DNA from: Candidatus Omnitrophota bacterium
GTDB taxonomy: Bacteria; Omnitrophota; Gorgyraeia; Gygaellales; Profunditerraquicolaceae
Reading direction: 5' to 3'
Length of the DNA stretch: 64,000 bases
Assembly (NCBI GenBank): GCA_028715785.1
Contig: JAQURC010000006.1
Coordinates: 21,630 to 85,629 of the forward strand
The position numbers were made by a program, and so were the translations under genes. This document shows, one piece after another, positions 38,701 through 46,753 of the stretch; within the stretch, counting starts at the first letter, position 1, and every line of letters starts with the position of its first letter. Under the pieces are notes generated by a model, which ran no database searches, was not told the DNA's origin, and was given only the letters and a program-made list of their open reading frames with translations.

Positions 38701-40094
38701 TTATCGAAGGTATGTTAGAAGCGCGGAAGTTTAAGAGAAGTATACTGTTGTTGGGAAGAGAGCAGGATATTGCGCGGTCATTGCAGCTTTTGCCGCTTCC
38801 GGCGTTTGAGCCGCTGGGGCGGCCATTGACCCCTTTGGAATTATCGCTGATTAATGGTTATCAGCTAACCCAGGCTTTAAAACAAAAAGGCCGTTGGGGT
38901 ACAGCGGTAGAAGTTACGCATAAATGCTTGATTCGTGATCTGAATTCATCATTGGAAGAAGTGCCTGACATGGAATTAACAACGGCATTGGTCGATATAG
39001 AGCAAATGGCCAGGCAGGATCTGGCATTAATTGTTGAAAATAACGGTAATGGCGGAAACGGTAAGCCAAAACCGTATGGGTGGATCCGCAAGATATTTAA
39101 ACATTTGAGTCTAGAAGACGTGAGAAATAAGACCGGGCCAAGGCATTTGCCCGCGTTTTCTGTTGACTGGCGCAATAAAGAAAAGCGGCAAATGCGCGTA
39201 TTCAGCGGAGAGATATTGGTAAGTATTCAGGATAAAGAACGCAATGAGTCTTTTATGTCGTTTCTTTCGCAAATGAAGGATTATATGGCTGAGCATTCCA
39301 AAGATAGTTTTCAACCCAATCTTACTACCCATTTTCTCGTTCCTCTGGTTATGCTTACTAATAACGAAGGAGCAGGGATTCACCGTTTTCGGGAGGGCCT
39401 GAATTTAAAAAATAAAGAGGATATTTTTTTAAAGGGGCTCTTCAATTTGTTTTGGCCTGAAGATGATACAGGGTATCACAGTAAATTAGCAGCTCTTCAA
39501 ATAGAAGCTCTTATACCCCATCAAAGTTCATTCTATACGCGTTTAGACGGCACTACGGATGCGGATGCGGTATTGAAACAACAATTAGGCGGCCTTTATA
39601 CTGAACCGCCTAACAAAGAAATTTTAACTTTACTGTACAGGGCTGCCCAAAACGAGGATACAGCCTCAATGCAACATGAATTAGACGGCGGGCATTCATC
39701 ATCCAATGTAATATCCTCCAGCCCGCAGAGAGTTGTAATTCCATCATTGGGAGCCGGCGTCGGCGGCATAGGTTTTTCTTCAATGAAAGTTGTCCTGAAC
39801 TACGATGATCTGTTGAAAATAGATGGGGAGTGGGGTCAAATTGAAAAGATGTTGGAGTCCGGAAACCTTCCCTCGATACCTTCGGTCACAAATTATGTGG
39901 AAACGGCGGTAAAAAATACTGATTCCGGTATGCAGTTATATAAAGCGATGGCCTGCGTTGCCGGTATCCTCAAACTGGAAGAAGAATTGGTAATCCCGGC
40001 GCAGATGGAAATTAAAAGGCTGTTGCTGGTGCTGGAAGAACATCTAAACCGGCAGGGCGGCCAAATGAATTCTAAGAATCTTGCTTTAAGGTAA
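35748..40094 (+). CDS. Giant hypothetical membrane protein (1448 aa) with signal peptide and two internal clusters of TM helices.
   Basis: Signal peptide MFRMLRRILACLLCFTLLFEQSGFAQS. Hydrophobic cluster ~aa 440-590 (four helices) and ~aa 820-880 (two helices). No recognisable catalytic motifs. Downstream of the Pho box at 34934. Confidence 0.6.
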   Translation: MFRMLRRILACLLCFTLLFEQSGFAQSVAEGNFLGFFAPPHLSGAFNPARLRYVAYAENINKFKFLFDKGDLRDTDDFTLKDSISGPLSYFLVGITLPSESFWVNLRPDSPANVIDDLLAETDVGKIFLEADLQLKKEFARYTMSAQQGKEYRLQIRKKAEELFGCLALAPSTFTRVWIDPGEIIIRETQNSAYIYKANLNVLTEEDYFGNSLASEDKRVQAFNEYASELIKNLILPKLIKEVNTGKEFAALRQVYYSFILAQWFKNRFLQRNGPAPRFIDSKILSGLNSKHPWSKEDYFAQYQESVQRGDYRFDEREPLVFGEMVTSYSCGGVTLALKIPPFASAGMITSDGSMTLIGGREIEGILSPDRVLDLGLISATAKFDLKDPLGNVIVESAASSVRNAASAAPVSAASSAQAMNDGGSQVLKKAKEKLSVLELNNPAYLIAAELLLGALFIFGFFVDAGSMFYNYGVFGHSVIERFVGYPLPSLNEYFQIISLSFIAFNALFGLSKSPAVRAKTGLAPIFSILSGFTLFGIVPLAISLTGLDKYFNLQLAVSPYAMEAFALLGAAVIGLLPGMNTKKESPVDFPESSPDIENNTGWVEPSWDAVVEAALNEVNKRAGISGLTDGACLEFLEQTRKLRNLLPFESHIVTDKRVAYYQIYDEALQSLCKKLQEIMDRLRVSTDELERKRLNIYASEILVTAEYFNECLRALNEVENIPLSSGDRLDRSTPFRKTISFIVGHAFGFNKTFNYSKKELMKQLKEKIIPLGNSLDNLYSTKADIDKQVIKKWGEWIQNCYEGKRKRLGARKGWVFWKEMFGPLVSLVLVASALPIGGNIGFLEFLSAPDFSAGALWNAKPLVGLSLIFLGWYVLLFPGRGKADQTYKEHNKTIEKLKRQFKDTFFLIEGDSRNKALQFAYEQSLEAAWKELSSASASAQAVIVVTEQPKIIQDFLENLRGTILRKDVELLAISAENKGSAAAFIEGMLEARKFKRSILLLGREQDIARSLQLLPLPAFEPLGRPLTPLELSLINGYQLTQALKQKGRWGTAVEVTHKCLIRDLNSSLEEVPDMELTTALVDIEQMARQDLALIVENNGNGGNGKPKPYGWIRKIFKHLSLEDVRNKTGPRHLPAFSVDWRNKEKRQMRVFSGEILVSIQDKERNESFMSFLSQMKDYMAEHSKDSFQPNLTTHFLVPLVMLTNNEGAGIHRFREGLNLKNKEDIFLKGLFNLFWPEDDTGYHSKLAALQIEALIPHQSSFYTRLDGTTDADAVLKQQLGGLYTEPPNKEILTLLYRAAQNEDTASMQHELDGGHSSSNVISSSPQRVVIPSLGAGVGGIGFSSMKVVLNYDDLLKIDGEWGQIEKMLESGNLPSIPSVTNYVETAVKNTDSGMQLYKAMACVAGILKLEEELVIPAQMEIKRLLLVLEEHLNRQGGQMNSKNLALR

Positions 40095-40109
40095 GGGGGC
40101 ATTTACGGC

Positions 40110-40385
40110 ATGAAAAATTACATTTTCAAAAATGATTTAAGGCGCAAGAATACAAAATTTCTTACAACAGCCAGCATGGTTTTAAAAACGTACGCTTGGT
40201 TTATTCTTATTTTAAGCGTATTGTCGGCAATATTGATAATGTCCGGGGTTTTAAGCAGCGTGCCGCCGTGGGCAGGCCTGGTTGTTTTATCCGCGTATAC
40301 ATTCTTCTTCTTTTTCTTCTACACCATAGCCGAAATTTCAGATTTATTGGTAGCGATCAAAGAGGCGTTACAAAGTAATTGTTGA
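40110..40385 (+). CDS. Small two-TM membrane protein (91 aa).
   Basis: Two hydrophobic helices (AWFILILSVLSAILIMSGVL; LVVLSAYTFFFFFFYTIAEI). Located 16 nt after the giant gene. Confidence 0.4.
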   Translation: MKNYIFKNDLRRKNTKFLTTASMVLKTYAWFILILSVLSAILIMSGVLSSVPPWAGLVVLSAYTFFFFFFYTIAEISDLLVAIKEALQSNC

Positions 40386-40483
40386 CTAAATCCCCGATTA
40401 ATTATTTACTTACTCATTAACATATCATATAATAATTCAGATTGTTTTACCCGCAATAATCTTTCCAAAGAAAGGTTAAAGAA

Positions 40484-41140
40484 ATGAATAAAACAGGCTT
40501 GGTGGCTATTGGTTTGATACTATTGTTATTAGCTAATGCCTATGCTTATGACGACGGTGATTTTCAGGTATGGAACACGGATGTCGAGGAAATCCAGCTT
40601 AAGAAAGATTTAAAGCTGGCCTTTGAGCAGGAGTTTCGCTGGGGGGATAACGCCAGTGAATTTTACTACCAGCATTATGATGTCGGATTAACCTATAACC
40701 TAAATAAATATTGGAGTGCCGGCGGTGGATACCGGCATGTGCTTAATAAAAGCAAAGATAAATTTTTGGTAGAAAACGAGCCTTATGTTACGGCCACTTT
40801 TGCCAGCCAATTTGCCGGATTTAAATATGATGACCGCAGCCGGCTGGAATATAACCATTTTGATTATAAAGATGACACCTGGCGCTACCGCAATAAGCTT
40901 ACGGTAAAGGCCCCCTGGAAATTTACTAAATTAGAGATCCAGCCGTTTGCTGCCGATGAGATATTCATTCTTTTTGATGATGGCCAGAGGTTAAGTGAAA
41001 ACAGGACGACTGCGGGTTTGGCGATGAATATCGCCAAAAACCTAAAAGGTGAAGTTTATTATATGTTCAGAACCGTAAAAAGCGGACTGAAGTGGACGGA
41101 TACGAATGTATTGGGAACAAAACTAAAGTTAGTGTTTTAA
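40484..41140 (+). CDS. Small outer-membrane beta-barrel-type protein (DUF2490-like), hypothetical.
   Basis: Signal peptide ending ANAYA. Alternating amphipathic strands rich in Y/W/G. C-terminal LKLVF (terminal Phe). Confidence 0.45.
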   Translation: MNKTGLVAIGLILLLLANAYAYDDGDFQVWNTDVEEIQLKKDLKLAFEQEFRWGDNASEFYYQHYDVGLTYNLNKYWSAGGGYRHVLNKSKDKFLVENEPYVTATFASQFAGFKYDDRSRLEYNHFDYKDDTWRYRNKLTVKAPWKFTKLEIQPFAADEIFILFDDGQRLSENRTTAGLAMNIAKNLKGEVYYMFRTVKSGLKWTDTNVLGTKLKLVF

Positions 41141-41142
41141 AT

Positions 41143-41186
41143 TTTACTTAGATTTAACATGGATTTAGAGTAAATACAAGTATAAT
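41143..41186 (+). promoter_or_regulatory. Pho-box-like promoter for operon 2: TTTACT (41143), TTTAAC (41153), TTTAGA (41164), AATACA (~41173), then perfect -10 TATAAT (41181-41186).
   Basis: Hexamer direct repeats at 10-11 bp phase abutting a consensus -10, ~35 nt before pstS2 ATG 41221. Confidence 0.45.
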
Positions 41187-41220
41187 AAAGGTAATATAAA
41201 TATGAGCAAATGGAGGAGAA

Positions 41221-42075
41221 ATGTTTAAGAAAGGTTTGTTTATTTTAGCTTTGCTTATCTTTACGGTTCCGGCGTTTGCCGGAAAAGATAAAAATTCCAT
41301 CCAGATTAAAGGCTCGGATACTATGGTCAATCTCGGACAGGCCTGGGCAGAGAAATATATGGAAAAAAATCCCGGGGATTTTGTGGCGGTAACCGGCGGC
41401 GGCTCCGGGACAGGATTGTCCAGTTTAATCAGCGGAACCTGCGATATCGCGATGAGCTCAAGAAATATCAAGGATAAAGAGATTTCTTTGGCCGAACAAA
41501 AAGGGATTGATCCTTTTGAGATAAAAGTTGCTTTGGATGGTTTGGCGGTAGTCGTCAATCCGGCTAATCCGGTGAGCAAGCTCACAGTGGAACAGCTGGC
41601 CGGAATCTTTACCGGCAGTATCACTAACTGGAAAGAAGTGGGGGGAAAAGACGGGAAGATCGTCATTCTTTCGCGCGAAGTAAATTCCGGGACCCACGTT
41701 TATTTTAAAGAGCACGTATTAAGGAAAGGCAATGCCAACGGCAGAGAGGAATTTGCTCCCGGAGCCTTGTTATTATCTTCTTCGCAGGCGATTGCCGATG
41801 AAGTTGCCGGTAATTCCGCAACGATAGGTTATTATGGGATGGGTTATATCTCAAGCAAGCAAAAGCCCGTTGCTATTGCTAAAGACGCTAAATCCGAATA
41901 CGTTAATCCCAGTATCGAGAATGTTCTAAGCGGTAAATACCCCATATCCAGGCCGCTTTTTCTATATACTAATGGAGAGCCGCAAGGACTGATTAGGAAA
42001 TTCGTTGATTATGCCCTTTCTAAAGAAGGTCAGGATATTGTAGTCAAGACGGACTTTGTTCCCATTAAAAAATAA
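41221..42075 (+). CDS. pstS: Phosphate-binding protein PstS (second copy).
   Basis: Signal peptide. Conserved PstS blocks (GSDTMVNLGQAWAEKY, VTGGGSGTGLSSL, LSREVNSGTHVYF, IGYYGMGY). Confidence 0.8.
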   Translation: MFKKGLFILALLIFTVPAFAGKDKNSIQIKGSDTMVNLGQAWAEKYMEKNPGDFVAVTGGGSGTGLSSLISGTCDIAMSSRNIKDKEISLAEQKGIDPFEIKVALDGLAVVVNPANPVSKLTVEQLAGIFTGSITNWKEVGGKDGKIVILSREVNSGTHVYFKEHVLRKGNANGREEFAPGALLLSSSQAIADEVAGNSATIGYYGMGYISSKQKPVAIAKDAKSEYVNPSIENVLSGKYPISRPLFLYTNGEPQGLIRKFVDYALSKEGQDIVVKTDFVPIKK

Positions 42076-42095
42076 TGCGAAAGTTATTAACAGTT

Positions 42096-42121
42096 GTAGG
42101 GGAGGTTTAAACCTCCCCTAC
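42096..42121. repeat. Palindromic hairpin family P1, copy C (GTAGGGGAGG-TTTAAA-CCTCCCCTAC), intercistronic between pstS2 and pstC2.
   Basis: Perfect 26-nt palindrome centred on GTTTAAAC. Confidence 0.75.
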
Positions 42122-42141
42122 ATTAAGGGTATCAGGCGGCT

Positions 42142-43005
42142 ATGCGGAAAATCAAGGAGTTTGTTATTGAGAAGCTAATCCTGGTCTGCGGCTTAGCTTC
42201 CATATTTTTTGTCATCCTAATTTTTTTATTTCTAACCAAAGAAGGCCTGTCCGTATTTAAATCGGTTAGTCCTTTTAATTTTCTTTTTGGCAAAAGCTGG
42301 TATCCCATCTCTGAACCGCCGCAATTAGGGATCTTACCGCTAATATTGGGTTCATTATTAGTGACCTTGGGAGCGGCAATTATTTCTATCCCTATAGGCG
42401 TAGCCTGCGCAGTTTATATCGCCGAAATCGCGCCATTAAAAATTAAAGAAATTCTAAAAGCCGGAATTGAATTATTGGCGGCTATACCCAGCGTGGTCTT
42501 AGGTTTTATTGGTATGGTAACTTTAGTCCCCTGGGTAAAGACTACTTTTCATCTGCCTACGGGTTTAACTGCCTTGTCCGGTTCGATAATTTTAGCTTTT
42601 ATGGCTATGCCGACGATAGTTTCGATTGCCGAGGACGCGCTTTATTCTGTTCCCAAAAGTTATAAAGAAGGCGCCTTTGCTTTAGGGGCTACGCATTGGC
42701 AGACAATTTACCGGGTTTTGCTTCCGGCTGCTTCTTCAGGGATAGTCGCGGCGGTAATGCTTGGTATCGGCCGGGTAATCGGCGAGACCATGGCGGTAAT
42801 GATGATTACCGGCAACGCCGCGGTCATTCCGCAGAGCATTCTTGTGCCGGTGCGCACTTTGACCGCCACCATTGCCGCGGAAATGGGCGAGGCGGTTGTG
42901 GGCAGCGAACATTATTTTGCGCTTTTTGCTATCGGCATAGTTTTATTCATCATAAGTTTTATCATCAATGTTACCGCGGACCTATTCTTGCACAAGAGGC
43001 ATTAA
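42142..43005 (+). CDS. pstC: Phosphate ABC permease PstC (second copy).
   Basis: Paralog of the 30311 gene (WYPISEPPQLGILP, PSVVLGFIG, ILAFMAMPTIVSIAEDAL). Confidence 0.8.
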   Translation: MRKIKEFVIEKLILVCGLASIFFVILIFLFLTKEGLSVFKSVSPFNFLFGKSWYPISEPPQLGILPLILGSLLVTLGAAIISIPIGVACAVYIAEIAPLKIKEILKAGIELLAAIPSVVLGFIGMVTLVPWVKTTFHLPTGLTALSGSIILAFMAMPTIVSIAEDALYSVPKSYKEGAFALGATHWQTIYRVLLPAASSGIVAAVMLGIGRVIGETMAVMMITGNAAVIPQSILVPVRTLTATIAAEMGEAVVGSEHYFALFAIGIVLFIISFIINVTADLFLHKRH

Positions 43006-43853
43006 TGCGTAATACGCAAAGATCACAAAAGATCGCCTTCTTTTTTCTTTTCCTGGCTACGCTTTTAATTGTTGTGCCGGTTGGCTTGATTGTTGTGATT
43101 ATTATCCAGAAAGGCCTGCCGGCGATTAACTGGCAATTTTTAGCGGATATTCCGCGCCAGGGGATGCGCGCCGGAGGGATTTTCCCGGCGATCATCGGGA
43201 CAATTTATCTTGTTTTGGGCGCGATAATCTTTGCCCTGCCCATAGGCCTGCTGGCGGCAATTTATTTAAGTGAATACGCAAAGGACAATATTCTTAACCG
43301 CATAATCAAGCTGGCAATCGTGAATCTCTCCGGTGTGCCTTCGGTTGTCTATGGTTTATTTGGTTTGGCGCTTTTTGTGGTTTTCTTAAAATTTGGCGCA
43401 TCGATTTTATCCGGTTCGCTCACTTTAGGGATAATGATCCTGCCGATAATCATTACTACCTCCCGGGAGGCTTTGGAAAGCGTGCCGCATTCGTTTCGCG
43501 AGGTAAGCTTGTCTTTGGGGGCAAGTAAATGGCAAACCATAAGGCATATAGTTTTACCCAATGCCGTACCCGGAATTCTAACCGGGACCATTCTGGGATT
43601 AGGCCGCGCAGCGGGAGAAACCGCCCCGATTCTTTTTACTGTGGCGGCTTTTTATCTGCCGCAGCTGCCTAAATCTATTTTTGATCAGGCGATGGCGCTG
43701 CCGTATCACTTGTATGTAATTTCAACGCAGGTGCCTAATGTGGATGAAAAAATACGTTATGGCACGGCTTTAGTCCTGTTATCTTTGGTTTTGTTTATGA
43801 ATTTAGTGGCCATAATCATCCGTTATAATTTCAGAAAGAAGAAGAAATGGTAA
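43005..43853 (+). CDS. pstA: Phosphate ABC permease PstA (second copy). Start MRNTQRSQK at 43005 (TAATG overlap); the track's 42696 extension is an out-of-context frame.
   Basis: Paralog of the 31198 gene (GGIFPAIIGTIYLVLGA, NLSGVPSVVYGLFG, REVSLSLGASKW). Confidence 0.75.
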   Translation: MRNTQRSQKIAFFFLFLATLLIVVPVGLIVVIIIQKGLPAINWQFLADIPRQGMRAGGIFPAIIGTIYLVLGAIIFALPIGLLAAIYLSEYAKDNILNRIIKLAIVNLSGVPSVVYGLFGLALFVVFLKFGASILSGSLTLGIMILPIIITTSREALESVPHSFREVSLSLGASKWQTIRHIVLPNAVPGILTGTILGLGRAAGETAPILFTVAAFYLPQLPKSIFDQAMALPYHLYVISTQVPNVDEKIRYGTALVLLSLVLFMNLVAIIIRYNFRKKKKW

Positions 43854-44593
43854 AACTTAACGCCAGGAACCTGAATATCTGGTTTGGCCAGATCCACGCT
43901 TTAAAAAGCGTGAACATCGAGGTAGAGGCCAATGAGATTTTAAGCGTAATCGGCCCGTCCAACAGCGGAAAGACCAGTTTCCTGCGCATGCTTAATCGTC
44001 TGAATGACCTGTATCCGGGTTTTAAAATGAGCGGCAGCTTAGAGTTTGATCAAGAGGATATCAGAAAAATAGATATTGAGGTTTTGCGCAAAAAAGTAGG
44101 CATGGTTTTTGCTTTACCCCTGCCCCTGCCTTTATCGATTTTTGAAAATGTGGCCTATGGGGTCAGGATGCACGGAGAAAATAACCGCGGCCGGATCTCC
44201 GGGATTGTCGAGCGTTCCTTAAAGCAAGCCTATCTCTGGGATGAGGTCAAGGACAGGTTGGATGTCTCGGCTTTTAAATTATCCGGCGGACAGCAGCAGC
44301 GTCTTTGCATTGCCCGGACCCTGGCGGTTGAGCCGGAGGTCATCTTATTCGATGAGCCTTGTTCCGGGCTTGACCCGATTTCAACCGCCAAAGTTGAAGA
44401 GGCAATGTTAAAGCTGAAAAAAGACTATACAATAGTTTTAGTAACTAACAATGTAAAGCAGGCGGCCAGGGTGGGGGACCGCACGGCTTTTTTTCTGTCA
44501 GGAGAGCTGATAGAATTGGACAAAACAGAAAAGATGTTTACGGCGCCCAGCGACCAGCGTACCGATGGCTATATTAGAGGAAAGTTTGGATAA
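43847..44593 (+). CDS. pstB: PstB-like ATPase with degenerate catalytic loops (Q-loop Gln to Ala, H-loop His to Asn); signature motif intact.
   Basis: Walker [11 protein letters not shown]-loop region [13 protein letters not shown] (canonical [10 protein letters not shown]). Signature LSGGQQQRL. Walker [13 protein letters not shown]-loop [12 protein letters not shown] (canonical VTHNMQQ). Confidence 0.75.
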   Translation: MVKLNARNLNIWFGQIHALKSVNIEVEANEILSVIGPSNSGKTSFLRMLNRLNDLYPGFKMSGSLEFDQEDIRKIDIEVLRKKVGMVFALPLPLPLSIFENVAYGVRMHGENNRGRISGIVERSLKQAYLWDEVKDRLDVSAFKLSGGQQQRLCIARTLAVEPEVILFDEPCSGLDPISTAKVEEAMLKLKKDYTIVLVTNNVKQAARVGDRTAFFLSGELIELDKTEKMFTAPSDQRTDGYIRGKFG

Positions 44594-45348
44594 TGGCGGA
44601 TATTTTAGTAAATAATTTAAATTTATGGTACGCTGATTTCCAGGCGCTGATAGGCGTAAAAGCGCATTTTACCCAAAAGCAGATTACCGCTATGATTGGG
44701 CCATCAGGGTGCGGTAAGTCGACTTTACTGCGGGTGTTTAACCGGATGAATGACCTTATCGAAGGGGTGCGCGTAGAAGGGGAAGTAATCATTGACGCCG
44801 AAAATATAATTTCCGATAAAACGGATTTAGTGGGCTTGCGTAAAAAAGTAGGCATGGTCTTTCAGCGGCCCAACCCCTTCCCGTTATCTATTTATGAGAA
44901 TATTGTTTTTGGCCAGAAGGTGCATGCCGAAGGCTTAACTAAGCTAAAACTCAATGAGATAGTTGAGGATAGCTTAAAATCCGTTCTTTTGTGGGATGAA
45001 CTTAAAGATAAGCTGAATAAATCCGCGCTGAGTTTGTCGCTTGAACAGAAGCAGCGGCTTTGCATTGCCAGGCTGATCGCGGTTAAGCCTGAGATTTTGC
45101 TGATGGATGAGCCCTGTTCGACCCTTGACCCGCAGGCAACCAGCCGTATCGAAGAATTAATGCGTGAACTTAAGAATAACTATACTATAATAATTGTTAC
45201 GCACAATATGCAGCAGGCAGCGCGCGTTTCGGACCAAACAGGTTTTATGCTTTTAGGCGAATTGGTTGAATTTGGTAAAACAGAGGATATTTTTACCCGG
45301 CCAAAAGATAAGCGGACAGAAGATTATATTACCGGCCGATACGGTTAG
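44593..45348 (+). CDS. pstB: PstB ATPase with consensus catalytic loops but a degenerate ABC signature (LSLEQKQRL instead of LSGGQQQRL).
   Basis: Walker [11 protein letters not shown]-loop [12 protein letters not shown], Walker [13 protein letters not shown]-loop [11 protein letters not shown]. Signature [14 protein letters not shown]. Confidence 0.8.
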   Translation: MADILVNNLNLWYADFQALIGVKAHFTQKQITAMIGPSGCGKSTLLRVFNRMNDLIEGVRVEGEVIIDAENIISDKTDLVGLRKKVGMVFQRPNPFPLSIYENIVFGQKVHAEGLTKLKLNEIVEDSLKSVLLWDELKDKLNKSALSLSLEQKQRLCIARLIAVKPEILLMDEPCSTLDPQATSRIEELMRELKNNYTIIIVTHNMQQAARVSDQTGFMLLGELVEFGKTEDIFTRPKDKRTEDYITGRYG

Positions 45349-45383
45349 ACACCCCGCGCTTATAAGGTATTGCGCGGGTATGG
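45349..45383. repeat. REP-like hairpin family R2 (ACACCCCGCGC-TTATAAGGTATT-GCGCGGGTAT), copy 1.
   Basis: ~10-bp GC-rich stem with a conserved 12-nt loop, starting 1 nt after the pstB stop. Further copies at 47899, 51208 (inverted) and 51287 (inverted). Confidence 0.7.
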
Positions 45384-45404
45384 CCTTGTGGCCAAGGAGG
45401 ATAA

Positions 45405-46073
45405 ATGCTAAGGCATTTAGATGAAGAATTAAAGGAACTGCACAAAGATATTTTGAAGATGGCGGTATTTGCCCAGGAGTCGATATTTAAATCTATCGAG
45501 TCGCTAAAGAACCGCGATAAAAACCTGGCTCAGGATGTAATCGATACTGATAATAAGATCGATGAACTGGAGTTGGCAATCGATGAAAAATGCATTGATC
45601 TTATTGCCCGTTATCAGCCGATGGCAGGAGATTTAAGGTATATTACCACCGGGATGAAGATAAATACGGAGCTGGAGCGGATTGCCGACATAGCATTAGA
45701 TATCTCGCAAAAATCATTAGCATTGATGGATAAGCCTTTACTTAAACCATTAGTGGATATTCCCAAGCTTTCCCAGGTGGCGCAGAATATGGTTAAGGAT
45801 GCCATTGACGCATTTGTCAAAAAGGATGCCCAGTTGGCCCGGCAGGTGGTTTTAGCGGATTGCGAAGCCGACAGGTTGCGTAACCTGGTTCAGGATGAGC
45901 TGGTTAATGAATATCTGGCGCGCGATCCTAAAACCGCGGAGCGGGCGGTGGCATTATTGCTTATTGCCCGGTATTTGGAGCGTATCTGCGACCACACTAC
46001 CAATATTGCCGAAGACGTAATTTATATGGTCGAGGCAAAAGTAGTCAAGCACCATCCCGAAGAATTGAAATAA
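45405..46073 (+). CDS. phoU: PhoU (second copy).
   Basis: Paralog of the 32830 gene (ELERIADIALDIS; LERICDHTTNIAEDVIY). Confidence 0.8.
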   Translation: MLRHLDEELKELHKDILKMAVFAQESIFKSIESLKNRDKNLAQDVIDTDNKIDELELAIDEKCIDLIARYQPMAGDLRYITTGMKINTELERIADIALDISQKSLALMDKPLLKPLVDIPKLSQVAQNMVKDAIDAFVKKDAQLARQVVLADCEADRLRNLVQDELVNEYLARDPKTAERAVALLLIARYLERICDHTTNIAEDVIYMVEAKVVKHHPEELK

Positions 46074-46082
46074 TTTCTAGTT

Positions 46083-46150
46083 GGGGGGACGTCCTCTTAG
46101 GGGACACCCTTTAAAAAGGGTGTCCCTTTTTGGCACGTCCCTTTTAATTT
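46083..46150. terminator. Nested double hairpin family T1, copy 2 (reverse-complement orientation of 23035-23091), followed by TTTTAATTT.
   Basis: GGGACGTCC-TCTTA-[GGGGACACCC-TTTAAAAA-GGGTGTCCC]-TTTTTGGCACGTCCC; 10 nt after the phoU2 stop. Confidence 0.55.
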
Positions 46151-46161
46151 AATATATCCCC

Positions 46162-46190
46162 TTGACCCCTCGTATTTAGTGGTATATAAT
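46162..46190 (+). promoter_or_regulatory. Sigma-70 promoter for the Lrp-family gene: TTGACC (46162-46167), 17 bp, TATAAT (46185-46190).
   Basis: Near-consensus -35, 17-bp spacer, perfect -10; ~70 nt before ATG 46261. Confidence 0.55.
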
Positions 46191-46260
46191 CCATTCAATA
46201 TCTGTTTAAATATTGTAAAATAATTTTTTAGGCCATTACAATAGCAAAAGGAGTGAAAAA

Positions 46261-46746
46261 ATGGATGAGATTCTAGAAATTTTAGAAAAAGACGGCCGGG
46301 CAAGCGTGGAAGATATCGCTAAAATGACCCGCAAGAATCCGGAGGATGTAAAAAAGGCGATCAAGAAATACGAAAAAGAGGGGGCAATTTTAAAATATAA
46401 GGCGGTAATCAATAAGGATTTGATTAAGGACAATGAATCCGAGGTCAGGGCTTTAATTGAGGTGAATATCATCCCCCAGAAGGACCTGGGTTTTGAGAAA
46501 ATTGCCGAGCGTATCTATTCATTCCCCGAGGTAACCAGTTGTTATTTAATCAGCGGAACATATGATTTATTGGTGGTTGTCGAGGGCAAGAACCTGCATA
46601 CGGTTTCCAACTTTGTGGCGGAGAAGCTTTCCTGTTTAGAGAATGTCCGCGGCACAGCCACCCATTTTTTATTGAAAAAGTATAAGGAAGACGGAGTAAT
46701 TTTGAAGCAGAAAGCGGAGAACAAAAGGATAGCCATATCCTATTAA
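46261..46746 (+). CDS. Lrp/AsnC-family transcriptional regulator.
   Basis: N-terminal HTH (ILEILEKDGRASVEDIAKMTRKNPEDVKKAIKKYE) and C-terminal RAM/ACT-like domain (ALIEVNI..., TYDLLVVVEG). 161 aa. Confidence 0.75.
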   Translation: MDEILEILEKDGRASVEDIAKMTRKNPEDVKKAIKKYEKEGAILKYKAVINKDLIKDNESEVRALIEVNIIPQKDLGFEKIAERIYSFPEVTSCYLISGTYDLLVVVEGKNLHTVSNFVAEKLSCLENVRGTATHFLLKKYKEDGVILKQKAENKRIAISY

Positions 46747-46753
46747 AGGGCAA

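Noticed and set aside
42696-43853. Track ORF giving a 385-aa protein starting at 42696.
   Set aside because: Its first ~100 codons are an alternative frame of pstC2 (R/G/H-rich nonsense). The real PstA starts at 43005 with a TAATG overlap.
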